Positions 1-8,164 of a DNA stretch of 31,589 nt are shown here, one piece after another. The DNA lies in IMG/VR virus record IMGVR_UViG_3300014613_001720, positions 1 through 31,589 of that record; one strand, given 5' to 3'. Origin of the DNA: a virus (taxonomy: Duplodnaviria > Caudoviricetes). How positions within the stretch are numbered: position 1 is the first letter of the stretch; each line of letters opens with the position of its first letter. The notes below the pieces were generated by a model, which saw only the letters and a list, made by a program, of their open reading frames with translations, was not told the origin of the DNA and did not search any database. Both the position numbers and the translations under genes were made by a program.

Positions 1-1857
1 AACATTATTTGCAAGATATACTCCATTTATGCCACCAGAATAAATTGCCGAAGATGTAAATTCTATTGTTGGAAGATTCCAAGCCTCTATATCTGTCGTC
101 CCGAAACCAACATTTGTCCCACTTATATAAAGTGGACTATTTGCCAACCCCGTAGCATCCACAACGTGGTAGGGAACATATCCATCAGTAAGTCCAGAAA
201 GTTTTATGGTGACAAACACAGGAGAACTAGCAGTAGTTAACCCTGATATATCTGCCTGTGCAAGAACTAGACTTGTTTTGAAATTCGCATAAGTTTGTGA
301 AGCTAATGCACTTCCAGCAGTAGTGACAACAGGAACGGAAGCAGTTAATCCAGAGAAAGTTCCCCCTACAAAAGTCGGAATTGAGGCTTGTTTAACCGAT
401 TGATCAAACCAATCTGAAAGTGTAGGATTGCCTGAAAATGTAATCGTCCTATCCGAATCACCAGTATTAAGATGTAAATATCGAGGAGCTGTTAAATCGT
501 TTTGTTCATCAATTGTTAAATAAGTACTATAATCAGAATCGACTACTGATATAGAAAGAAATATTGGTGTTGAAGTTGTTTTAACTGCTTGGTTAAGATA
601 AGTATCAATCGTAGCATGGCTCAATGTCCCGATGTCACTTAAAGAAGTATGACTCCGATTTGTTATCTGAGTAATATTAGTTAAGGTTATATCATTGGCA
701 ATATAGGCATCCGCAATTACTCCGCCCTGCCATGTCCCTGTCCCTATTGTTCCAAGAGTAGTGATGTTGGTTGTTCCTGCCCAAGTGCTTAAAGCAGTAT
801 TCTCAACATTATTAAGAGATAAACTTGTTTTGAAAGTTGCATAACTCACAGATGCTAGATTTTTGCTTGCATCCGTAACCACTGGAACAGAAGCAGTCAA
901 ACCAAATGGGCGAACATAACCTGCAAAATAATTAATTGCAGCACTATTTGCTTGATAGATGGAATAAAGGTTTGAAACAGTCCCGTCTGTCGTATATGAA
1001 TCTATATATAACCCATAAGAATTATTGATTACTGCTGAAGCATCGCTGTGAAGAATGCCATGTAGAACCCTAATCCCCCTTTGGTCAGCCAATGTCCCCT
1101 TAAAATTGTTTTCATAGGCGGCGGCAGCTATCTCCAATCCGAACCTATACCCACTATCAGTTATCCCCGTATCTATGTTGTAAGCATTGGCGGCAAGCCC
1201 TAATGTCGTGAGATAGTTTGTTTCTGCTACGGTTACTGCCCTTATCGGGTCTTTTACATAAAGTCCAGTTCCAGATCCTGTCGCACCTATTGTTAATGAT
1301 TCCAAAAATAAACGAATTGTGCTATCTGGGGCAACCCCAATCCCAACTGTAGAAGTGTTGGCTTGTATTACGCTATTGGCTAATCCAGTTGCGTCAGCAA
1401 CATGATAAGGAGTGTAACCATCTGTAAGTCCACTACATTTAACAGTAACAAATATAGGAGATGATGCCTGTTTAACTGCTTGGTCAAGGTAGGAATCTAT
1501 TGTTGCATGGGTAAGTGTTCCTATATCTGCAATCCCTGTATGGCTAATATTTGCCTGATTTATCGTAAAGGTTATTGTATCTGTAGCAGTAGTCCCCACT
1601 ATCCCTAAAATAGTATTGCCAGAAGCAAGGGTAAGGGTATCATCTAACGCATCTGCTACCACATTATTTGTTATCCCCGTAATGGTCTTAAAGGAAAACT
1701 TGGAAACATCACCTAAGACATAAGCCAAATCCTCTGGTCGCATAGCAGATTCTTCCTGCATCGCCACATAGACACGCTTTAGATACTCTTTAACCGACTC
1801 AATGTCCGTTAAAGCATACGGATCAGGCCATTGTCTAATGCGATATAATGTAGTCAT
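1..1857 (-). CDS. Tail fibre/spike protein with internal repeats (partial, runs off the window edge, >=619 aa)
   Basis: Not in the ORF track. ATG at 1857 overlaps the upstream TAA; I read it open to base 1 (MTTLYRIRQWPDPYALTDIESVKEYLKRVY...GVYLANNV). Thr/Ser/Gly-rich with duplicated modules; follows the nozzle genes. Confidence 0.8.
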   Translation of the reverse strand, partial: MTTLYRIRQWPDPYALTDIESVKEYLKRVYVAMQEESAMRPEDLAYVLGDVSKFSFKTITGITNNVVADALDDTLTLASGNTILGIVGTTATDTITFTINQANISHTGIADIGTLTHATIDSYLDQAVKQASSPIFVTVKCSGLTDGYTPYHVADATGLANSVIQANTSTVGIGVAPDSTIRLFLESLTIGATGSGTGLYVKDPIRAVTVAETNYLTTLGLAANAYNIDTGITDSGYRFGLEIAAAAYENNFKGTLADQRGIRVLHGILHSDASAVINNSYGLYIDSYTTDGTVSNLYSIYQANSAAINYFAGYVRPFGLTASVPVVTDASKNLASVSYATFKTSLSLNNVENTALSTWAGTTNITTLGTIGTGTWQGGVIADAYIANDITLTNITQITNRSHTSLSDIGTLSHATIDTYLNQAVKTTSTPIFLSISVVDSDYSTYLTIDEQNDLTAPRYLHLNTGDSDRTITFSGNPTLSDWFDQSVKQASIPTFVGGTFSGLTASVPVVTTAGSALASQTYANFKTSLVLAQADISGLTTASSPVFVTIKLSGLTDGYVPYHVVDATGLANSPLYISGTNVGFGTTDIEAWNLPTIEFTSSAIYSGGINGVYLANNV

Positions 1858-4127
1858 TATGATACCAGAAAATCATCTCCACTAGGATAAAAATAAGCTT
1901 CTAAAGATGCCCATTGAAACTCATTGGTAGAGGAAGCATTCTCTACCTTGAATATAAAAGCACTACCCGATTTAATGAAATAGAAGTCTGAATATTTATT
2001 TGTCCCATCCCCGGTTCCTAATGATTTCATTTGACTTGCCCATGTTACCCCGCCATCTGTGCTTATATAGATAGTAACGTTCGTTGATGCAGTCTTATCT
2101 ACATACCAGAGTCGCACTTTATCTACTGTTTTATATTGTTTTAGGTATTGAGGGTATTGGTCTGCAAAATCAGTCTGCTTCGTTGTAAAATAAGCAGTAA
2201 TCGGATTTCCGTTATCACTATAATAATTCTTATCAAAAAGATAAATATAACCTAAAGAAGAACCCAAATAAAATCGATAATCAATCCTAATGCTTCTGGA
2301 TTCTGAGATAGTATCGGTTAAGGTAATTGTGTCTGTAAAGGTTTCATACCAATCGTGGTTTGCAGTATCCATTAAGGTAATGGAATCTAGAATGGTGTCC
2401 ACTAAAGCATACACATCTGTTCTAGAATCTGTCAGGGTAATCGCTTCCGTAAATTCATCAATAGTCCCATCGGTTGTAGTTTCTGTAAGAGTTATAGCAT
2501 CTGAAAAAACTTCCACATAATCAAATACACTTAGAATAGAATCAGACAAAGCAAGTGATTCAGAATAAGTGCTTACAAAGTCCGCTATCCCCGTAGGCGT
2601 TTCAGATAAAACAATCGAATCTGAAAATGTATCAGTATAAACCCCTAATGTCGTTGCCTGTGCGGTATTGCTATTGACTGTATTTAACCCATTTGCATTA
2701 CCCACGACGTAGTAAGAATAAGTAGTGCTTGAGGGCAATCCCGTATTGGGATAAGAAACTGCGCTTCCCGCAAGGGTAACTAAATATACCCCATTTCTAT
2801 ATACATAAATGTTTGTATAGGTGTCATTGTTAGTCCATGCCAGATTAATCTGAGAAGTGCTTACTGGAGTGGCTGTCAAAGCCGACGGTTGATTCGCCCT
2901 TGTATATGCGGATACCGTAGCTGTCCAATCTGTCCACCCACCAGAATCCCCCAATGCCCTAACTTTATAGATATATTGAGTATTTGAAGTTAATAATGTG
3001 TCCGTATAACTTCCATTAGCCCCACTTATTGTGGCTACAGTTGCCCCATTTCTATTAATATCAATGCTTACATAGTTATCATTATTAGTCCAAGATAAAT
3101 AAAGTTGTGTTTCCCCTGTTTCTCCTGCCATAGTAGTTACGGCAAGCCCTGTTATATCTGCTAATGTGCTTCCTACAGACCTGAGTATCTTTGCATTGGG
3201 ATATGTGCCTGCAATACAAATCCCATTACCAACATAAACTAAAGAACGGATGTCTGTTTCATTGAACATCCTTCCTGAAGTATCCCAGGTTGCCCCATAA
3301 TCCGTTGTGCGAAGTATCTTCCCGCCTTCCCCTGTTCCCGCCAAAGCCACTCCTTGAAGCACTGTAGCTAAGGATAGAACACAATAATTATCGTGAGAAC
3401 CTATATAATCCCAAGTTGCTCCCCAATCAGACGAACGATAAATAAGGCTTCCCTGTGGATACGGTAATGCCCCACCAGCTAATACATAAGGCTGACCAAT
3501 CTCAAGATATTCAAGAGAAGCGAAGAGTTGCGCAGACCCCTGTTGCCCTAGATTACTCCACGTTGCCCCCTGGTCATCAGTAAAAAGGATTAATCCACCT
3601 GGACCCGTTCCCGCCGCCGCATATTGGCTTCCTGCCCCACCTGCACCTAACCCTAGATTAATAATAGCCCAAATCTGTCCTTGCGCATATTGCTGTCCTA
3701 AATCAGTCCAATTAAGCCCTTCATCTGTTGAGCGAAATATTTTACCGTTAGGATGTGTTCCCGCTAATACAATGCTACTACCAATATATTCCAGGGATAA
3801 AATGTCTGTTTCACTAGACAACTGACCAATGTCGGTCCATGTTACCCCATCGTCTGTAGAACGAAGGATTTTACCACCTGGGCAAGTGCCAGCTAATATT
3901 GCAGTCCCAACTCTGGCAAAACAAAGGATACGGGATTGATTGTATTGCTGTCCAATATCAGTCCATGTTAGACCATAATCTAAAGAGCGATAAATATGTC
4001 CGCCATTGCCTGTGCCAGCAAGAACACCGCCAGGAATGTCAGGAATAATAGTTAAGGCAGGGATTCTAGTCTGCGCACCGAGTTGACCTAAATCAGTCCA
4101 GTATAAACCTAATTCTTTCCACGCCAT
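1857..4127 (-). CDS. Virion protein: Asp-box beta-propeller + 2 FN3 domains + repeat stalk + nozzle-like C-terminal domain
   Basis: Repeated RSxDxGxTW Asp-boxes (aa ~1-320); two FN3-like units (LSW...NG...YTDT.L..NT.Y.Y.V.A); six D/E-x-I-T-L-T-D repeats; C-terminal YLG..G.IY..D...Y.D.G.PI...STDGG.TW resembling P22 gp10-type proteins. Confidence 0.75.
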   Translation of the reverse strand: MAWKELGLYWTDLGQLGAQTRIPALTIIPDIPGGVLAGTGNGGHIYRSLDYGLTWTDIGQQYNQSRILCFARVGTAILAGTCPGGKILRSTDDGVTWTDIGQLSSETDILSLEYIGSSIVLAGTHPNGKIFRSTDEGLNWTDLGQQYAQGQIWAIINLGLGAGGAGSQYAAAGTGPGGLILFTDDQGATWSNLGQQGSAQLFASLEYLEIGQPYVLAGGALPYPQGSLIYRSSDWGATWDYIGSHDNYCVLSLATVLQGVALAGTGEGGKILRTTDYGATWDTSGRMFNETDIRSLVYVGNGICIAGTYPNAKILRSVGSTLADITGLAVTTMAGETGETQLYLSWTNNDNYVSIDINRNGATVATISGANGSYTDTLLTSNTQYIYKVRALGDSGGWTDWTATVSAYTRANQPSALTATPVSTSQINLAWTNNDTYTNIYVYRNGVYLVTLAGSAVSYPNTGLPSSTTYSYYVVGNANGLNTVNSNTAQATTLGVYTDTFSDSIVLSETPTGIADFVSTYSESLALSDSILSVFDYVEVFSDAITLTETTTDGTIDEFTEAITLTDSRTDVYALVDTILDSITLMDTANHDWYETFTDTITLTDTISESRSIRIDYRFYLGSSLGYIYLFDKNYYSDNGNPITAYFTTKQTDFADQYPQYLKQYKTVDKVRLWYVDKTASTNVTIYISTDGGVTWASQMKSLGTGDGTNKYSDFYFIKSGSAFIFKVENASSTNEFQWASLEAYFYPSGDDFLVS

Positions 4128-5416
4128 TATACTGCCCCTTTTCCCCCACAGAACATATCATAATCAGCATATTCGTGAACCATCCATTCGTTTAACCTGT
4201 AATCATAAATAAACCAAAAAATACCACTTGAAGTAGTAGCTCTCCAGAAAAGTTGGCTATTCAAGGAATTATGAAATCCATAAGTTCTAGTTGCCTCTGT
4301 CTCGGTTACCAAGTCAAAGAACTTATACCGCATGGTAGGTTTAATATTTACTGGAACGCCACCCTCAATCTTATAAAAATCATCCCTTCCTAAAAAGTAA
4401 TTAGAACTATTTGCTTCTATAATGCTATAAGGTGCAATACACCCTACCCCCTTAAACTGTCGTGGGAAAATAATAGGTGATGTAGATGTGCCTGTTCTAC
4501 TCCCAATATGAAGCGAGTCTGCCCTGTAAACAATCAAGTCTCCTGCAATCTTACCCAATCCAGTGATATAATCCCTGGTCTCAAGGAGCTGTATAGAACC
4601 AGCGGTAGAGTCGGTCCAATTTGTCGGATCGCCTTCTTTACTCCATTGAACGGAATATGACTGTCTATCTGCACCAGAATAAAAATCAGCTATAACTAAT
4701 CTATTAGCATATTCAATGCAGTATCTTGCTTTGGTAGCATAGGTAGCATCTACATCTACCGCATAAGGCGCAGCAATCGTATTGACAAACTTTTGAACCC
4801 TAGTATTACCATTGGTGAAATAGAAGGTATCGCCCACAAAATCGCATGACCACCTTTCATTGGTAGGAGTTGAATAGACCTTTCTTATCTTGTAAGTTCC
4901 AGTAGCGGCAGGATTGCTATAGTCAGCAGTTAAGGTGATTTGAGTGGCACCATCAACAGTTGAGATTGTATGCCATTGCGCATCAGGCTCTATATCGGCT
5001 GTATGCTCACTATCTACTATAAATTTATCACCTGGAGCCACATTGGTCGTTGCGTTCCATGCAGTAGCATTGCCAGTTACAACCGCACCCGTAATTCCTG
5101 AAATAGTGCCAGTGGTATAAGTGTCTGTTTTATAAGACCAAGTCTTGCCTGCGGCAACTTCCTTGAAACATAAATCAGTATCCGTTAAATAAAGAGTGTA
5201 TCTATTACCATCACTTTTTTGATATAAAACAATAGCATAAACTGCCCTATCTAAGGTTCTATCAATAAGGTATCCCCATCGTTTTTGAATAGACCCCTGC
5301 TTTATATCGAAATTCTTAATAGGCCAATAGGCATAGTGAAATGGAGAGTTTAAACTTGCATTCTCAAGATGCAACCCATGTTCTAATGGCCTAATGACAT
5401 AGACATTATAAGCCAT
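4127..5416 (-). CDS. Tail nozzle / packaged-DNA stabilisation protein (P22 gp10-like), N-terminal propeller part
   Basis: Motifs KRWG, RLV.A, V.WS...DPTNW, I.GL, GCIAPYSI, F.YDY....W; position downstream of the adaptor. Confidence 0.7.
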   Translation of the reverse strand: MAYNVYVIRPLEHGLHLENASLNSPFHYAYWPIKNFDIKQGSIQKRWGYLIDRTLDRAVYAIVLYQKSDGNRYTLYLTDTDLCFKEVAAGKTWSYKTDTYTTGTISGITGAVVTGNATAWNATTNVAPGDKFIVDSEHTADIEPDAQWHTISTVDGATQITLTADYSNPAATGTYKIRKVYSTPTNERWSCDFVGDTFYFTNGNTRVQKFVNTIAAPYAVDVDATYATKARYCIEYANRLVIADFYSGADRQSYSVQWSKEGDPTNWTDSTAGSIQLLETRDYITGLGKIAGDLIVYRADSLHIGSRTGTSTSPIIFPRQFKGVGCIAPYSIIEANSSNYFLGRDDFYKIEGGVPVNIKPTMRYKFFDLVTETEATRTYGFHNSLNSQLFWRATTSSGIFWFIYDYRLNEWMVHEYADYDMFCGGKGAV

Positions 5417-5424
5417 TAGAAACC

Positions 5425-5808
5425 TTACGCGGCTGCTACTTTAACCGTAAGAGTATAACTATCCCCTGCCGCTAAAACCTTATCTGCTGTAAGAACGCTT
5501 CTGCACAACATTATCCCTGCGGCTGCGGCATTAAAAAAGCCTACTTCTCTGACCGTTCCACCAGCACCAGTTGCTATCCATGTCTTTACCGCTTGAACGG
5601 TATCGTTCGTAACCGTAGTGGTTACCCTTGTCATGGCTGCGGCTGCCCTTCCTAAACTTCCCGTAGCATTCTCCGTCACCAGTGTCGTTTGTGTTGCCAC
5701 AAATGCAGTAGAGCCAGAACCATTAGCTAAATAAGTAAAAGCTACTGGAGCGGCTACGCCACCTAGCAAATTTGCGGTTTCCGCTTTTCCTGCGTTAGTT
5801 ACGCCCAT
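5425..5808 (-). CDS. Small fibre-subunit / tail-collar-fibre N-terminal-like beta protein
   Basis: VTNAG...A.G.G.T....T.L..E...R...EVG.FNA...G.ML.R......GD..T.T pattern typical of this phage structural family. Confidence 0.65.
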   Translation of the reverse strand: MGVTNAGKAETANLLGGVAAPVAFTYLANGSGSTAFVATQTTLVTENATGSLGRAAAAMTRVTTTVTNDTVQAVKTWIATGAGGTVREVGFFNAAAAGIMLCRSVLTADKVLAAGDSYTLTVKVAAA

Positions 5809-5809
5809 G

Positions 5810-5992
5810 TTATATCACTCCTTCTTCTCTTGATTTTAATTCCCCGAACAAGATTTTTTTACTTTCTGGTATTGTGTTGATTAAGAAATTATAAAACTCC
5901 CAACATGTTGTTTGTGCTTCCTCAGAAAGAGTGGAAACATATTCCTTTATTTTTGGGTTAGGAGAGTTTACTTCATGTATTAGTTTAAACAT
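5810..5992 (-). CDS. Hypothetical protein (60 aa)
   Basis: ORF fills the gap in the operon; SD-like AAGGA upstream. Confidence 0.5.
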   Translation of the reverse strand: MFKLIHEVNSPNPKIKEYVSTLSEEAQTTCWEFYNFLINTIPESKKILFGELKSREEGVI

Positions 5993-6001
5993 CTGTTATC
6001 C

Positions 6002-6676
6002 TTAAAAATCTTTAGGCTGAAGATAAGATACACTTGGTCTAAGTATATCTTCCTTATCCTTTCTTTCCTCATCATAGATACCAATTTTACCAGCTATCAT
6101 CTCTTTCCATTCTTCTTTATAGATTTTATAGGCATCATAATCCTTAACCCGTAACAGACTCTGCACTACCGCCAGTTTTAAGATAGGCTCATCCCATTCC
6201 GTTCCTATTACCGTAACGGATGAACCGCTCGATAAAAGAGCAGGTCTTTTTCGATACCATATAGTCATTTGATATGTTCCTGCTGGCGTTGGAAAAAGAT
6301 AAATATTACTTCCATATCGCACCCAATAGTCTGGCTGACCCGTAGTTGTTCCCCTTCCTGTTTCCTCTGTGTATTGTCTGATGTTATAATTCCTTAACTT
6401 GCTATCATTGGTAGTGTCGTGAACCGTATAGATGTATAGACAATCAGCGGGAACTGCTATATAAGCTACTGAACCAGAAGTATTAGACGTGGTTGAAGTA
6501 TCTAACTCTGGAAACCTAAAATCCCTTGGAACTGGAACACCAAAAAAACTTTTCATGGAACAGAAATCCATATATGCAGTATTAACCCAACCGCCTGTAT
6601 AAGTGGAAATGTTTTCTCTCTGCCCCAACTCAAAGGTCAGGTCGCTTTTAAACTCCGTAAAAATCTTTACCCCCAT
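6002..6676 (-). CDS. Head-tail adaptor (podoviral tail tubular A-like)
   Basis: G.P.YW.....I.L.P.P...Y...I.Y...P motif; size and position before the nozzle. Confidence 0.7.
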   Translation of the reverse strand: MGVKIFTEFKSDLTFELGQRENISTYTGGWVNTAYMDFCSMKSFFGVPVPRDFRFPELDTSTTSNTSGSVAYIAVPADCLYIYTVHDTTNDSKLRNYNIRQYTEETGRGTTTGQPDYWVRYGSNIYLFPTPAGTYQMTIWYRKRPALLSSGSSVTVIGTEWDEPILKLAVVQSLLRVKDYDAYKIYKEEWKEMIAGKIGIYDEERKDKEDILRPSVSYLQPKDF

Positions 6677-6970
6677 TTACTCCCTCCATTTAGCCACTAT
6701 CTCATGTGGGCGAACTATAAGGTATTTCTGTGCTTGTATATCTTTGGCGAACACATCTACCCATACCCCTATATACCAACTGACTAAAACAATATCTCCA
6801 ATTTTCCACTTGTCAGTATCTACTTCATCCCCGATAGCCACTATTTTACTTCTGTGTAGTTTCTCTTTGGCAGTAGGGGGTATGAATATCTCTCCAAACT
6901 TTTCCTCAAACCCAATCATCTCAAGGATGACCCTATCGCCCATAGGCTTAATTTTATCAATTCCTTCCAT
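6677..6970 (-). CDS. groES: Co-chaperonin GroES (Cpn10) homologue
   Basis: IKPMGDRVI...EEK.G.I.IP.TAKEK....IVAIG......K.GD.V........YLI....EI.A matches the Cpn10 signature. Confidence 0.9.
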   Translation of the reverse strand: MEGIDKIKPMGDRVILEMIGFEEKFGEIFIPPTAKEKLHRSKIVAIGDEVDTDKWKIGDIVLVSWYIGVWVDVFAKDIQAQKYLIVRPHEIVAKWRE

Positions 6971-6978
6971 ATTTACTC

Positions 6979-7254
6979 CTATTCAGCACTATCCTCTTCT
7001 TTAAGATAAAAGTGCATATCATCTTTAAACTTTTGACCAAATCGCCAATTGTAATGTTTCTTGCAGTAATATTGACCACGATACTTGATTAACTCGCTTT
7101 CTGGATACATCCTTCCACCAAAAATATTCAAAGTATCTTGAGTCGCTACAAATTGACCGCAACAATAACAGTTTCTCCATGGTTCATCAAGGTTGTCAAA
7201 GTGCCTATGAATATTCACCCTTATTGGCGGTTTATTAACTATCTTCTTTGGCAT
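6979..7254 (-). CDS. Small Zn-binding protein of the podoviral structural module
   Basis: W..CxxCG...YP.SEL......YCxxH. Confidence 0.55.
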   Translation of the reverse strand: MPKKIVNKPPIRVNIHRHFDNLDEPWRNCYCCGQFVATQDTLNIFGGRMYPESELIKYRGQYYCKKHYNWRFGQKFKDDMHFYLKEEDSAE

Positions 7255-7781
7255 TACACTAGAAAGACATAACAGGAAGTTCCATTAAAACCATCCATTA
7301 TCAAATTATCAAATTCCCGCTCACCAAAATCCAACTCCTCTGTTGCTGTTTCCGTTCCCGCCGAGAGCAACTGAAACACAGTATAAGGAGTGTAGGTTGA
7401 CCATGAATATGTGCAAGCACCAACCTCATTAGTCAATAATGCACCATCGCAGATTATGGCATCATCACTACTTATTGTTTTAACAAGAAATGTCCCAATG
7501 TTATTCCCTGTGCTTGAAGCAGTTATCTTAATCACGTCTCCTGCTGTAATCTTTGCGGCAGTAAAATTCCCCACAGAAGTAATGGTATTGTTAGTCGCAA
7601 TTGTCGTTATTGCACCATTTGTAACTGTGGCATGAGCAGTATCCTCACTCCAAGACCTAAAAACAGCAGTCTTACCAGCACCCCCAGGATATAACACAAC
7701 CTTGCTTATCCAGATTGGCTTCTTGCTGATTACCACATCTGTATCAAGAATATATGTCAGATTAGTTAAAATATTAGCCAT
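7254..7781 (-). CDS. Putative minor head/decoration protein with an inserted beta domain
   Basis: Beta-rich; internal F.....AGD.I.I.....N.G.F.V.TI module; structural operon context. Confidence 0.5.
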   Translation of the reverse strand: MANILTNLTYILDTDVVISKKPIWISKVVLYPGGAGKTAVFRSWSEDTAHATVTNGAITTIATNNTITSVGNFTAAKITAGDVIKITASSTGNNIGTFLVKTISSDDAIICDGALLTNEVGACTYSWSTYTPYTVFQLLSAGTETATEELDFGEREFDNLIMDGFNGTSCYVFLV

Positions 7782-8064
7782 CTACCACCTCTTCACTTTC
7801 CTTTTCTTTTCCTTTTTTTTTACTCGGAATAACCAGTTTTGGCTGTTCCATTTCCTTTCCGTTTGTTTTACTCTCATTTGCCATGCTTACAACAAAATCG
7901 TAAGCCCCCTGAAGTTTCAATTGCTCATCCCTGATTTCAGTTAATCGCCTATCAAGAATTGTTCTCTGCTCTACAAGTTTCTTTGCTTCTTCCTGTAGTG
8001 CTTTAAACCTCTCTTGCATAGCATTAACCTTCTCAGTTAAATCAATTTTTCCTTCTGATTCCAT
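7774..8064 (-). CDS. Coiled-coil hypothetical protein
   Basis: Heptad-like charged helix; AGGAG SD. Confidence 0.6.
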   Translation of the reverse strand: MESEGKIDLTEKVNAMQERFKALQEEAKKLVEQRTILDRRLTEIRDEQLKLQGAYDFVVSMANESKTNGKEMEQPKLVIPSKKKGKEKESEEVVDG

Positions 8065-8093
8065 TAATTTAATCTCCTTATAAAGAATATTTT

Positions 8094-8119
8094 AAGAGGG
8101 CGGGATAAACCGCCCCCTT
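8094..8119 (-). terminator. Hairpin, probable weak intrinsic terminator
   Basis: AAGGGGGCGG-TTTATC-CCGCCCTCTT on the minus strand after the 854-aa gene; poor U tract. Confidence 0.55.
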
Positions 8120-8164
8120 TATTGTTCTCAAAATTGAGTACAATCGTACTCAAAACAGAATACA

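Noticed and set aside
1-1857. Diversity-generating retroelement TR/VR pair in the fibre repeats
   Set aside because: Differences are largely synonymous rather than adenine-specific, and no reverse transcriptase is present
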